Virus record (IMG/VR): IMGVR_UViG_3300021335_000006
Span: 1-64,000 of that record
Direction: 5' to 3' (one strand)
DNA length: 64,000 bases
From: an uncultured virus (IMG/VR IMGVR_UViG_3300021335_000006)
Lineage: Duplodnaviria; Heunggongvirae; Uroviricota; Caudoviricetes
Shown here one piece after another: positions 11,734-22,881 of the stretch (positions are counted from its first letter, which is position 1; each line of letters begins with the position of its first letter). A program made the position numbers and the translations under genes. Under the pieces are notes generated by a model. The model searched no databases, was not told the DNA's origin, and worked only from the letters and a program-made list of their open reading frames with translations.

Positions 11734-11739
11734 TAAATA
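11732..11739 (+). promoter_or_regulatory. Late promoter variant GATAAATA
   Basis: Overlaps the stop codon of 10480..11733, ~40 nt before the next ATG. Confidence 0.65.
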
Positions 11740-11776
11740 GACATATAACTCTATTGTATAAAACAAGGTCGAACAC

Positions 11777-14700
11777 ATGGCAGAAGTAAGATTTAGTGAT
11801 CTACTACCACTCGATAGCACTACTATTACAGACAGTGATCTATTTGCTGTTTCTGATAATAGTGAAACTGCGTCGAAGAAGATCGAGTTTGGTGAACTAA
11901 AAGAAGCCATTGTATCTACAGACTTCTTTACATCGAACGCAGGATTAATCGTTGATGCATTAAACGCTCATGATGACAATCCAAGCCTTGTGGGCACAAT
12001 CAATGATTTAAATGCGACTCGACTGTATCACGATACTGGCCTTGTGTCAACTTCTGGATATAAGACTGGCGACTATTTCTTAAACTACGATAATTTTACT
12101 AATACTCCAGATATTCCCGTAAATTTAACTCAGTTATCGAATGACAACAATTACATTCAATTCGACGAACCAAACTCTAGACTGATACGTCAATTCAGTA
12201 TAGAAGATTCTAATGGTAATGTAACGACTCAAACAGCGACAGAAATATCGACTCGATATGTAACGGAAAATACAAATCTTTACTATACCGATGAAAGAGT
12301 GGACGATTTCTTTGTTGAAAACTTTGGTCGATTCTACAATCAATTTACAGCGGCATTCGACAACGGACTTATTCGTGACAGTCTTTTAGATACTGCGGCA
12401 GAGTTTCAGAGTGTAACAGCAAGTCAATCTAGCATAGTAGAAATCCCTTCCGCAGACGTGTTTGAAAACTATCAGAAGGGACAGACTCTTCGAATCTTCG
12501 GCGCATCGCTTGATGATTCAATCGAGGACATGGATGCGTATGAGCAGTCTGGATTTAGTTTATCAGCTAATCGTGCTGGATTTGTAGAAGCTGTAGGTGC
12601 AAAACCCGGAACAGTCGCAGTAGACTTTTCGTATAGAGCCGCACTATTTGATTTACAAGACGGTAAAATCAGTAAGGTTGCGTCAACAACTGCTTCTGTT
12701 GAAATCGCAGTGCCAACAGAGTCTAGCGCCAGTGATGTATATGAGCAATTTAACTCAGATTATTTTATTCGTGTACAGTTTTCGAACATTCCAGCAGGCA
12801 AAGGAATTGCGTTATATCGTCAGCAAGGAGGCGATACCACATATAAATTGACAGCAGTTTTAGGGCCGAAGGAAACTGTAAACAATCAGTGGATTGACTA
12901 TTTCACGTTTGACTATACAACTTGGTCGGGAAAAGATGGTGAGTTTTCTTACGTCAAGCAAGGCGAGATCGAAGCGACAGTCGCTATTGATAATACTTAC
13001 GCTACTGTAATTCACTTCCCAGTAGCAGCCCCAACTCAACCTCAAAGAGGATGGGCTGATGTTCAGATCGAAACTTCAACACAAAATACAGTTGCAGATA
13101 CAACGACATTGACGCTTAGCTCTGCTCTCTACGTAAATACAAATAGAGATTGCACACTTTGTCACAATGATACTTCTATTATACAATCTGCGATTAATGC
13201 TAACGCTGCAATTGGTCGAAAGAATATTCTTCTCAATGCTAAAACTTATATTTCTGATGGACTTGAAGTTCCTAGCAAGTTTGGTTTAGAAGGAACTACA
13301 GCCGTTACTAAAATAATTAGACTTCCTTGGTCTGGAGGTCAAACGGGTGTTTTGAATAATAAGATGATCAAATCACTATCAGATCAGGGTGCGGAAACGA
13401 TTACACTTGTTGGATTCGATCTCGATGGAAACGTGAAGAACTCTTTCCTTTACAACGATGTAGCTGATGGGGATAAGAATTATGCGATTGATCTTGGTAT
13501 TAATCCTATTGACGTAACTATCGATAGAGTTAGAGTCTTCGATGTGGCTGGAGGCGGAGTCTATTCACCTGGTATTACAAACTTAAAGATTACAACTTGC
13601 GATTTCTTAAATAGTGGATTATCAGATAGATATGAATATAATCCAATCGTTGCTGACGCCGCATTCACAACATTGATTACGTCATGCCGCTTTGAGAATT
13701 ATACTGGTAATGTCAATGTTTCTCTGACAGATAAGGGCGTAGTAGCGAACAATATTATTAACAACTGCGGAAGCGGGTTGTTTATTTACGGATCACGATT
13801 CTTTGTATCGTCTCCAAACGTTCTGATTGGACCTGCTAACGAGTTCTTACCAACTCCAGATAGCCTGAACTCTGAATACGATGTTATCAACGTAGATTTG
13901 ACAGAAGCATATCTATCTTCAGATCTATTTTCGAGTGATCAGTTTGTATATCAAGAAAATGGTAGTGCGTTTAATCTACTTCAAACAGCTAGTACCAACT
14001 ACAACTCACTTAATCCTACTGCGTCAACAGTAGTTGGTACTTTGAGCTTTGAATCATTTGCTCTTAAGAAGTCTGGGACAACTGGAGTTGAGGAAATTTA
14101 CTCTCCACAAAACGTGACTTCTATTCCACTTATCTCAAATACGACTTACGAAACTAGAGCGGAAGGTATCTTCGGATTCCAGATTCCACAAGCCGATGTA
14201 GCGTCTGTTAAGAAGGCACCGTTTATCGTTGATGCAAATCCAAATGAAGACTTAAACTTTTCCGGTAGCACTATTACGTCCACGACTACAGATTTGTCTG
14301 GATTCTTAGATGGAGATTCGATTGAGATCGTCGATAGTGATCAAAATAATGGACTCTATACAATCAATGGAGATTCTACAAGCACAACTTTAACTGTTGA
14401 TCAAACATTCAATGGCGTTACTAATAGCGGTGGTAAGATCTTCCAGACCTCAGTGGGTAATAGATCATTTACAGCAATGTATGCTAGAGATAATGATCAT
14501 ATTGGATGGGCATGGTCAGCATCATACGAACAGCAAGTTAAGGCAGCAGATATAACGGGTGTAACTGGATGGTTGCCACAAGGAACTAACGCAGGCGAAT
14601 TTGACTACGCAGGAACTGGTGTGCCAGAAACTGATGCTATATATCAAATACTTGTAACTGATGTCTTGAGCGGATACTTAGCTCCTAGCATTGTTCTTGA

Positions 14701-14968
14701 TCAAGGAACTCCAGTGGCATTTAACGGATTCCATGCAGGATGGAGCAATCAACCTGCTGGCAATAGTGCTAATCAGGTGAATACTGGAGAAGTTTATTCA
14801 ATTGTTCAAAATGGATCGTCGTTTGTAGTGCAAATTAGATTCAATGGTTCCGTATCGGGTCAGACTGTCGCAGAGGCCATTACTGCAAGCAACTTAACTA
14901 ATGGCCAAAACATAGGTCAGATAAATATCACAGATAAGTTTGTCTTAGCGCAAGGAAGGATACTTTAA
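11777..14968 (+). CDS. Virion structural protein with a right-handed beta-helix (pectin-lyase-like) domain
   Basis: TENTNLYYTDERV fibre motif; NDTSIIQSAIN...ILLNAKTY followed by beta-helix-like repeats (GVVANNIINNCGSGLFIYGS). Confidence 0.6.
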   Translation: MAEVRFSDLLPLDSTTITDSDLFAVSDNSETASKKIEFGELKEAIVSTDFFTSNAGLIVDALNAHDDNPSLVGTINDLNATRLYHDTGLVSTSGYKTGDYFLNYDNFTNTPDIPVNLTQLSNDNNYIQFDEPNSRLIRQFSIEDSNGNVTTQTATEISTRYVTENTNLYYTDERVDDFFVENFGRFYNQFTAAFDNGLIRDSLLDTAAEFQSVTASQSSIVEIPSADVFENYQKGQTLRIFGASLDDSIEDMDAYEQSGFSLSANRAGFVEAVGAKPGTVAVDFSYRAALFDLQDGKISKVASTTASVEIAVPTESSASDVYEQFNSDYFIRVQFSNIPAGKGIALYRQQGGDTTYKLTAVLGPKETVNNQWIDYFTFDYTTWSGKDGEFSYVKQGEIEATVAIDNTYATVIHFPVAAPTQPQRGWADVQIETSTQNTVADTTTLTLSSALYVNTNRDCTLCHNDTSIIQSAINANAAIGRKNILLNAKTYISDGLEVPSKFGLEGTTAVTKIIRLPWSGGQTGVLNNKMIKSLSDQGAETITLVGFDLDGNVKNSFLYNDVADGDKNYAIDLGINPIDVTIDRVRVFDVAGGGVYSPGITNLKITTCDFLNSGLSDRYEYNPIVADAAFTTLITSCRFENYTGNVNVSLTDKGVVANNIINNCGSGLFIYGSRFFVSSPNVLIGPANEFLPTPDSLNSEYDVINVDLTEAYLSSDLFSSDQFVYQENGSAFNLLQTASTNYNSLNPTASTVVGTLSFESFALKKSGTTGVEEIYSPQNVTSIPLISNTTYETRAEGIFGFQIPQADVASVKKAPFIVDANPNEDLNFSGSTITSTTTDLSGFLDGDSIEIVDSDQNNGLYTINGDSTSTTLTVDQTFNGVTNSGGKIFQTSVGNRSFTAMYARDNDHIGWAWSASYEQQVKAADITGVTGWLPQGTNAGEFDYAGTGVPETDAIYQILVTDVLSGYLAPSIVLDQGTPVAFNGFHAGWSNQPAGNSANQVNTGEVYSIVQNGSSFVVQIRFNGSVSGQTVAEAITASNLTNGQNIGQINITDKFVLAQGRIL
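14920..14927 (+). promoter_or_regulatory. Late promoter variant GATAAATA (intragenic)
   Basis: ~40 nt upstream of the 14968 start. Confidence 0.55.
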
Positions 14969-17900
14969 TGTCTAGCATTACTAATGTAAATAATAATTCC
15001 AGTATTGTAACCGTAGGACGGACTACACCAGTCTCGCCCGGTCAACAGCCTGCTGAGAAGTCGATTCCTGTTGTCCTTGCTTCAGATCAAACTGCGATTC
15101 CCGTAGAAGAGCAAAACAAAGTACAGTCAGAAGTTGCACTTTCGCTTCTTGGTATTCCCCGAGCGGAAGTAGCGCTTGGTATCTTCGCTGATGTAAACAC
15201 ATATGACGTTAACCCATCAGAATGGTCAAACGCTCCCGAATTTTATCTCGCCGGACACGGTATTAAGCACCTTCCTAACGAAGCGGGTGCTCTGGTTGAA
15301 GCGCCTAGAAATAAGACTGCTGTACTGACATCAAAGCGTTTCTTCCGCTATCAGCCAGGTCGAGTATCAGCGGCTACATTCGGTATTAAGTCTACTATTT
15401 CTGCTGCCGGATACGCTCGAAATCCTGTGATCCGTAAGTATGGTATTTTCGATAACTTCGACGGATACTATTGGGAAACTAAAAACAGTGGCGTAGGAGA
15501 TAACTTCTCATGTGTTCGTAGAACTCAGTCTGTATCTAGATCGCCCTCTACGCAGTATGGTGTTGCGGGACAAACTCCAAAGAGAGGTCCACAAGAAACT
15601 GGCTCAAATGTATCGGTAACTCAGGTCGACGATTATCGCTTCTGTGGTCAAGGTGAAAAAGAGATTGCCTCTTCTCCAAATCTTTTAGTAAGGGATAGAG
15701 AAATTCTTACCGGTAAGAGATTCGATCTTGTCGAAGCGACTTATGCTACTATTGTTGTAGCCTACGACCAAAGCTCTAATACTCTCAATATTGAGGGCGG
15801 CGGTACATTTACTGGATCTGGACCAGACGCTACTGACACAAATACAGTTGAAGGTGAAGTAGTCAACAACTATTATTACGATCTTGCACGAGGTATTTAC
15901 GGAACTGGGGCAGTAGGATCAGCAGAAGACGGCGGTGTAGATGACGGTCTTGAACTGATTCGACTTGTAGAAGAAAAGTGTAAGAGAGACGCCGACTATT
16001 GGATAGACTTTTTCCTTCAAGATATGGAGTGGGGTGGAACAGCGCACACAATTTGGAATCTGACTAATTTCACGACAGCACTGATCCCAAACTTCTCAGC
16101 GTTTGAGGGAGCATTTTATACTCAGCTAAGCACAGACATTGGAGCAGATCCAGACTTGAGTGCTGCAGCTATCACAAAGCTTCAGAGCCTTGTCGGAACA
16201 GTAAATTCTAACTTGGAAGCATCTAGCAATCATTACACAACTCCCGTAAACTGGACAGGTATCGCTGGATTCTCGTATGGTAGCCGTGGACAAATTGACA
16301 CATTCTATGACGTTAAGAAAAACTATTGGGGATACTTTGTTTCTACTTTTAGTGATAGTGGTGCGGCTACATCAAATCCATACAACGATAGAGTAGTTTC
16401 AACTTACTTTGACGAATCTAATAATCCAATTACAGACGATACTGCTACTGCATACACAGGTAAGTACGGAAGAACATTTACGCTTGCTGAGGTCAAGTAT
16501 AAGTGTCAACGAGATATTGCGGACTTTGTTGTTGAAGGATTCAAGAACGATATTGCTGGCGGCGGTATCGCAGAAACAAAATATAATATGTCGATGTACT
16601 ATCAAGATGCTGGACTTTCAGTATCATCTCAGAATGTTACGGAAAAGCCTAGGCATCAATATCTTAAGAGACTCATCACTTTTGATTTGACAGATAAGCT
16701 GGGCTACGCTACTAATAATACTAACTACGTAAAGCAGGAAGATCTTAGTGATAAAGTTATTGCTAACTTTGATTTTGAAAACGTAGAAACAACAGTAACT
16801 GGTGAGCGAGGATTTGCAGGTAACTTGGTTGCTCTTCGTGACGGCCTGATTATGGTTCACGCTGGTGTCTACGATCCAAACTTACTCAAAGAAAAGAAGA
16901 AGATTCGAGTTGTATGTGATACTGATAATCAGTTGAAGTTAACTGAAGGTAAAGTAACATTTGGACAACACGTTCGATTCGCTCAAGCCGGAGATACAGT
17001 TGCGACTATTGGAGGCTTAGAGCCTGGTGCAATTTATCAAGTAGATTCTGTAGTTGGCCCGAAGGGTAATGAGTTTACTTTGAAGTCTACGGATGGAGTA
17101 ACAGCAATTAACTTTACTCAAGCTCAGTTTGCAACAGCGGAAGCGAATGGTGGCAATCCCGCAAATGTCTTCTTCGAGACAGTTGTTCCTTTCTTAATGC
17201 CCGATAAGGCTGTAACAACAGGTAACGTTACATACAATGGATATGATCCAGATATCTATCGTCCGGTTGGGCTTGGAGGCTCTGGTAACCCAATCCAAGA
17301 ATCAGCGGATCCATTCCCAGAAGGAATGATGTTCCCTTATCAATACTCAAGTGATGGCTATATGCCCACAAGCACTGCGGATGCACAAGCGGTCGCTGAA
17401 AGTGGACTTCTCGTTGGGTTTATTAACACAGCATGGGCGATTACAAATCAGCAGGAGGCGCTTGAGCTACGAAAGCAAATTGATGCTGTTAACTTTATTC
17501 CCGAGTATATTAACTGGGTTAAAAATAACGTCAAGCCAGAATTCTGGGGCGTATATGAATATCGAGTTCCAAGAAGTCGATATAGTTTCGACAAACTTGA
17601 CGGAAAGTCAAACTCATCGGCCAAGCATGGATATCGAGTATACAGTGACGTAGCAACTGGTGATACTGGTATCGTTCGACCCGGACAAGCATATGCACCG
17701 GGCGGACAGATTGCTACAGCCGATAGTTTGTATAGCTTTGACTTCACGAAAGTGACGATGCTTAAGATTGAATTCTCATGGTACGGTGCGGTAGGTGCAT
17801 TGTTCTTAGCATACGTTCCCGTAGACAACGGAGAAGCACGTTGGGTTCGAGTCCATCACTTGAGAGCGTCGAATCAGTTGAAGATTGCTTCGCTTGGTAA

Positions 17901-19137
17901 CGCTACACTTCCAATCACGTATAATGTATACGGCGGTGGTGATACGCTTGCACTCGGCGATGAAGAAGAGTCTTTGACACCAGCCGGAGCAAACTACGAA
18001 ACAAACTCTCACAACATTGTAAAGTATGGTGCTTCTTACTATATCGATGGTGGAGATAGAGGAACAGTAAGACTTTACTCTCACAACAATGAAAGTCTCG
18101 TTCCAGCCGCAGGCAAGAACTGGGCATTGTCTAATGGTACAAGCACATACAATGCGGCTGATCCAGATGGTCCTGCTATTACACTTAATCTCAGCGGAAC
18201 GTCAAACGATACTATTAACTCGACGTATTTCATGGGAGCATTGCTAAAGACAACCAATGCGGCTGATCAAAACATTCGAGTAATTTATGCAAATGGATTA
18301 GACTCAGGATCGACTGGTAAGCTTATTCTGTCTTCCGCTCCGCAGGACACAACTGTTAGCAACTTTACCTTGATCGCTGATCGTGCAACCAATGTTTACG
18401 GTCTTGAAACAAAGCGAGTTATTTTAAGTACGGAAGAAGGTAACGCTGTTCGTAACAGAGTTCAGGTTTATCCCACTAAGATGTCTACTTCAAACATCGG
18501 TAACAACCCTGTTCGTTTGAGAATGAGAAAGACTCCAATTTTCCAGACTGAAGTACAGCCCAATGGTACGCTGACAATTGCATCTTTGTATGATATCACT
18601 TCAGCTAATCTTCCGCTCGACGTTACTGAGTCTGGTGGCGCTGGAACATACATGGCAAACGGAGAAGAAATTTACGGCTGGTTCAGAGCGCTGATTGATT
18701 CGACTTCTTCTGTCACAGTATTCGGTCGGTTGTACAAAGAAGCGGATGAATATTATTTCGATGCTAAAACAACATTTAGCGGTGTAATTACATTAACGCT
18801 TGATGCATTCCTACCTGATAAGCGATTTGATGTCGGAGGTGTTGAGTACACCACAACGACTAAAGTCACTGAAGAGAAGGAAGGACTGAGTTCTATCTTG
18901 ATTGCAACTGATCCCGTTGTTCCTATACCCGGTACTGGAATTAACGTAGCGACAGTTTATCTACAGCAAGGAACTGAGCAATTTGATTTGGCGTCATACT
19001 TCGATTATAACAAAGAATATTTGTCATTCCCACTTACTGATACTACGGAATCTTTGTATCTTGCTGTTGACTCTGATACAGCGGAAAACGATCTAGATGA
19101 CAATATAAGTATAGGAATAACGTGGGAAGAGCAGTGA
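14968..19137 (+). CDS. Large virion structural protein (paralogue of 19141..22881)
   Basis: 1389-aa ORF sharing SEV..SLLG.PR.E..L..F.DV.TY, RYQPGR.S..TFG, KIEFSWYGA.GA and KYG.SYYIDGGD.GT blocks with the next gene. Confidence 0.75.
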   Translation: MSSITNVNNNSSIVTVGRTTPVSPGQQPAEKSIPVVLASDQTAIPVEEQNKVQSEVALSLLGIPRAEVALGIFADVNTYDVNPSEWSNAPEFYLAGHGIKHLPNEAGALVEAPRNKTAVLTSKRFFRYQPGRVSAATFGIKSTISAAGYARNPVIRKYGIFDNFDGYYWETKNSGVGDNFSCVRRTQSVSRSPSTQYGVAGQTPKRGPQETGSNVSVTQVDDYRFCGQGEKEIASSPNLLVRDREILTGKRFDLVEATYATIVVAYDQSSNTLNIEGGGTFTGSGPDATDTNTVEGEVVNNYYYDLARGIYGTGAVGSAEDGGVDDGLELIRLVEEKCKRDADYWIDFFLQDMEWGGTAHTIWNLTNFTTALIPNFSAFEGAFYTQLSTDIGADPDLSAAAITKLQSLVGTVNSNLEASSNHYTTPVNWTGIAGFSYGSRGQIDTFYDVKKNYWGYFVSTFSDSGAATSNPYNDRVVSTYFDESNNPITDDTATAYTGKYGRTFTLAEVKYKCQRDIADFVVEGFKNDIAGGGIAETKYNMSMYYQDAGLSVSSQNVTEKPRHQYLKRLITFDLTDKLGYATNNTNYVKQEDLSDKVIANFDFENVETTVTGERGFAGNLVALRDGLIMVHAGVYDPNLLKEKKKIRVVCDTDNQLKLTEGKVTFGQHVRFAQAGDTVATIGGLEPGAIYQVDSVVGPKGNEFTLKSTDGVTAINFTQAQFATAEANGGNPANVFFETVVPFLMPDKAVTTGNVTYNGYDPDIYRPVGLGGSGNPIQESADPFPEGMMFPYQYSSDGYMPTSTADAQAVAESGLLVGFINTAWAITNQQEALELRKQIDAVNFIPEYINWVKNNVKPEFWGVYEYRVPRSRYSFDKLDGKSNSSAKHGYRVYSDVATGDTGIVRPGQAYAPGGQIATADSLYSFDFTKVTMLKIEFSWYGAVGALFLAYVPVDNGEARWVRVHHLRASNQLKIASLGNATLPITYNVYGGGDTLALGDEEESLTPAGANYETNSHNIVKYGASYYIDGGDRGTVRLYSHNNESLVPAAGKNWALSNGTSTYNAADPDGPAITLNLSGTSNDTINSTYFMGALLKTTNAADQNIRVIYANGLDSGSTGKLILSSAPQDTTVSNFTLIADRATNVYGLETKRVILSTEEGNAVRNRVQVYPTKMSTSNIGNNPVRLRMRKTPIFQTEVQPNGTLTIASLYDITSANLPLDVTESGGAGTYMANGEEIYGWFRALIDSTSSVTVFGRLYKEADEYYFDAKTTFSGVITLTLDAFLPDKRFDVGGVEYTTTTKVTEEKEGLSSILIATDPVVPIPGTGINVATVYLQQGTEQFDLASYFDYNKEYLSFPLTDTTESLYLAVDSDTAENDLDDNISIGITWEEQ
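17815..17848 (+). repeat. 34-nt exact direct repeat, copy 1
   Basis: GTTCCCGTAGACAACGGAGAAGCACGTTGGGTTC, identical at 20548-20581. Confidence 0.9.
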
Positions 19138-19140
19138 TCT

Positions 19141-22100
19141 ATGCCAAAGCAAATACAGATTGGTTATGACAAGGTACCAGCCCCTGTAACCAAACAGTTT
19201 CCTCAACTCGTCGATATCGAGGGTATTCCCCTTACTGATTCAGCGGGGAACCCTCTGCTTACAGAAGAGGATGCTATTCTTGGGTCTTTCGCTCGGGCTG
19301 AAGCCGCACTATCAACTGTCGCAAATAATACAGGAAAAGAGCAATCCATTCCTGTCGTTGAGCAGTTTCCATTAGAGTCTGAGGTTAGTAGCTCACTACT
19401 AGGCGTTCCTCGTGGTGAAGAACAATTGAGTCTTTTTTCTGATGTATCTACATATGGTCTAGATGAAGATAATTGGAACTACTACACATTCAGCTCACCA
19501 ACAAAGTATCCTATTGAATGGTTCACTAAAGAGAACACTAAATTTGGTCGAAGACGATATCCTGATTTCTACGAGGGCACTGAAGAGCAAGCGCTTTATT
19601 TAGAATCTTTTCCTACACAGTACACATTTCCACGTGGTCCTATTGAAAGCAGAGAAGATGAGCCAGGCTCTCAGTTTAGAAACTATATGAACTTTATCGC
19701 TCTCGGTAAAGTTTTATATAAAAGATTCTCCGGATCGTCTGCGGGCGCTTTTGCTGAGTTATACTTCTTAGATGACGATATTCAAATTGTAGCAAATACC
19801 AATGGTGATGTTATCAATATTGATGCTGGTGAATTTCAGTATACTATAGGAGATAGAACAAGCGGATTTCTCCTAAATGCTCAAGATTATTTTGACGTAG
19901 ACTACGGTCCAAATTTACAATCATCGTTTGATCAGATTGAAAAGTGGACAGAGCTTTTCATTGAAATTCAAGACGGAACTGCTCAATTGCCAGATGGATT
20001 CACTGGCGGATCTTCGGGAAACTTCGTAGATACAGAGGACTTTGATGCGATTCAAACATTCGCTGTTCAAAACTGTCGGCCTGGTGCGAGTTCTACAGCG
20101 GAATCGTTTGCAATTCTTGAAAGTAAAAACACATATCGATATCAACCCGGACGTATTTCTGGATTCACATTTGGTATTCGTTTGCAGGCTGATCCTCAGT
20201 CTTCAGCGAACTATATCGAATGGGGATGCTCTAACTCAACTGATGAATATATGTTTCAGTTGGTTGGTTCAAGATTAAACATTGTACGTCGAAGTGTTGT
20301 CCCATTTCCTCAAGAGTTACTTGAAGATAGATTTGGTAAAAATTTCGATGATCAGATTCTAAAGTATCCTGTAGGACTTGGAAATGAAAATCCATTATGG
20401 GAGACTGTGTTTGAGAGACGTGATTGGAATGGAGATAAGCTAGATGGTTCCGGCCCATCTGGTTATATTCTTTCGTTCGAAGACGTTACCATGTACAAAA
20501 TTGAGTTTTCGTGGTATGGCGCTATTGGTGCAAAGTTTTATGCATATGTTCCCGTAGACAACGGAGAAGCACGTTGGGTTCTCATGCACACTCTCGTTAT
20601 TGAGAATGGTATGGATGGTCCGATCATGCAGAATCCAGATATGAAGTTCAAGTATCTTCTGTACGCTACAGATACTTCTAGAATCTTTCAGCCTCTATAT
20701 GTTTTCAAGTATGGATCTTCTTACTACATCGATGGCGGCGATGAAGGAACAATTAGGCTTTCGACATTTACGACTGATTCAAAAGAGTTCTTGAATCGGA
20801 AACCAATTATTGGTATACTACCTAAAGAGTCTATTTTAAATCAAGATGGATTTGAAATCGATAACTTTAAGAAAGGGTACCCAGATACAATTTCTGTCGC
20901 TTCCGATACAAATGTAAGAATCGATATTGAAGAAGTGGTAGGTGCTCCATCTGGGCAGCACTTTACATTTCAGCCAAGTTTAATTAATGCGGAGAGTCCA
21001 TTTTCAAGAGAACTTCCATTTATTTTTGGTACAGAAGGAGCGGGTGGAAATCAAGCAGAGGATCAGCCTGCAATAGATTCCATTTCGCTGAGAGAAAGCG
21101 AGCTACCTTCTATTAGCAACGTCACCGGATTTACTTTTGATGCTAGTTATATAGAACATCCGACTGAAGATCTTTCTATTTTCCAGCCCGGTGATGAAAT
21201 CCTTGTAAGTGGATCTACATCGCAAGATGGAAGATATCTTGTGCTTTCTTACGATCAACCAAATAATGAATTGTCAATTCGATACCTCCCCGATGCTCAA
21301 CCAGACATTACAGTAAACGGATTCCCAGGTGGAGACGACAGTAATGCTGATTCTGCTGCAGTGTCAATCAAAACAACTGGAATTAAAGAAACCGAAGACG
21401 AAGCAAAACTAATCGGGAATGGTATATACAACGTATATTTGCAGTATGAAGCAAATGCAATTTTAAATGATCAATTACTCTCTTCAGCAATACTAAGAAG
21501 AAGACAGTATTTACTCGGTGTAGACACAATTAGCAAATTTGTTAAAACTGATGGCCAAACACTTGTTGAAGCTGGTGATCGATTTGATGCAAGAGTGAGT
21601 GCATATAATACAATAACTGCGTCTACTGTACCAATTTATGCCAATGAATTTATTGTTCACTTTATGGTTCCAAATCCGAGAGATCCAGAATACGCAAGCT
21701 ATCACTATGCAGACTTCGGATTTACCTTTACATCTTCCGTTCCTCAAACTGCTTTCTGTGACAATGGAGAGCAGAGATTAGCGTTTGTAGATCCACTAGA
21801 TCCAGGTTTAGTACCAAAAGAAATTGATCTTAAATTAAATCCATTTGTCGAATACCATCATTACGATTCTCAATTTGACTTTATTAACAAAGCGGAGTAT
21901 CGAGAATGGGATCCTGCGTTTGGTGAGCGGTTTATGATCGATTCTCGTCAACCAGCCCCCGATGGCGGCAATGACGGATATATCGCAGCGTTCAAAGGAT
22001 CTGTAACGTTTAGCGACTATGATATTCAAAGTGATTTAGCTCAAGCACAATCAGAGCTACAATCAACCGGACTCTATCGACTTTACTTTTCAAGTATATC

Positions 22101-22881
22101 AAGTTTTCCGCCGAATTCATTGCTTGATGAAGATCCGACATCTCTTACGTCAGAAGTCGGAATTAACACCGAAGGCACTGGCTGGTTCTACGTTGGTCAA
22201 TCGGAGCTTGACGGAACAGATCGATTTATTAGAATTAGGCAAGTAGATACTGGACCCGGCATTACTATTCAGAACATTTTAGATGCAGGAAGCGTTCAAA
22301 CTAAGCAGTTAATACTAGAAGATCAGTGGGAGCTATCGTCTTTCCCATCAGGTGTGGAAGTTGATCCAGCTAATCCTCCCGAGAGAAGATTTACTCAGCA
22401 AGAATTTACTGTAGGAAAGGCTTTGCGATTTAATAGTCAGCCTTTCTATCTTGTCATGGCGCTCCGAGACTATGCTGCAGTAAACAATATTTCAGTGGAA
22501 GAGATTACGCCTGAAGCTAGATTTACTCATACACCACAGTTTATTACAGGAACAACTGAATCTCAGTCATTAACATATGATCGATTTGGCAACTCTAGTG
22601 AAAACAATCCCCCATCAAACTTCAAAGATATTGAAAGGCTGTCTGGGTTAAGATACGATTCGCAGACTGAAAATCCACTTCGACCCGGTAATGTGATATA
22701 CTCGTTTTACGTTGAAGAGAATAAACCGGAAACATTTAGACTTGACAATATTTTTAACTACGATAGAAAGTCTTTGTCAAGAGGTCAGCTAAATAATAAA
22801 GCAATCTTCTTTACCGCTACGTCTACAGATGGCGTTACGTCAGGTAATATAGAAATGAGCTTGACTTCGAAGGAACAATAA
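19141..22881 (+). CDS. Large virion structural protein (paralogue of 14968..19137)
   Basis: Same conserved blocks as the upstream gene; both end in E-Q (WEEQ / SKEQ). Confidence 0.75.
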   Translation: MPKQIQIGYDKVPAPVTKQFPQLVDIEGIPLTDSAGNPLLTEEDAILGSFARAEAALSTVANNTGKEQSIPVVEQFPLESEVSSSLLGVPRGEEQLSLFSDVSTYGLDEDNWNYYTFSSPTKYPIEWFTKENTKFGRRRYPDFYEGTEEQALYLESFPTQYTFPRGPIESREDEPGSQFRNYMNFIALGKVLYKRFSGSSAGAFAELYFLDDDIQIVANTNGDVINIDAGEFQYTIGDRTSGFLLNAQDYFDVDYGPNLQSSFDQIEKWTELFIEIQDGTAQLPDGFTGGSSGNFVDTEDFDAIQTFAVQNCRPGASSTAESFAILESKNTYRYQPGRISGFTFGIRLQADPQSSANYIEWGCSNSTDEYMFQLVGSRLNIVRRSVVPFPQELLEDRFGKNFDDQILKYPVGLGNENPLWETVFERRDWNGDKLDGSGPSGYILSFEDVTMYKIEFSWYGAIGAKFYAYVPVDNGEARWVLMHTLVIENGMDGPIMQNPDMKFKYLLYATDTSRIFQPLYVFKYGSSYYIDGGDEGTIRLSTFTTDSKEFLNRKPIIGILPKESILNQDGFEIDNFKKGYPDTISVASDTNVRIDIEEVVGAPSGQHFTFQPSLINAESPFSRELPFIFGTEGAGGNQAEDQPAIDSISLRESELPSISNVTGFTFDASYIEHPTEDLSIFQPGDEILVSGSTSQDGRYLVLSYDQPNNELSIRYLPDAQPDITVNGFPGGDDSNADSAAVSIKTTGIKETEDEAKLIGNGIYNVYLQYEANAILNDQLLSSAILRRRQYLLGVDTISKFVKTDGQTLVEAGDRFDARVSAYNTITASTVPIYANEFIVHFMVPNPRDPEYASYHYADFGFTFTSSVPQTAFCDNGEQRLAFVDPLDPGLVPKEIDLKLNPFVEYHHYDSQFDFINKAEYREWDPAFGERFMIDSRQPAPDGGNDGYIAAFKGSVTFSDYDIQSDLAQAQSELQSTGLYRLYFSSISSFPPNSLLDEDPTSLTSEVGINTEGTGWFYVGQSELDGTDRFIRIRQVDTGPGITIQNILDAGSVQTKQLILEDQWELSSFPSGVEVDPANPPERRFTQQEFTVGKALRFNSQPFYLVMALRDYAAVNNISVEEITPEARFTHTPQFITGTTESQSLTYDRFGNSSENNPPSNFKDIERLSGLRYDSQTENPLRPGNVIYSFYVEENKPETFRLDNIFNYDRKSLSRGQLNNKAIFFTATSTDGVTSGNIEMSLTSKEQ
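20548..20581 (+). repeat. 34-nt exact direct repeat, copy 2
   Basis: Identical to 17815-17848. Confidence 0.9.
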
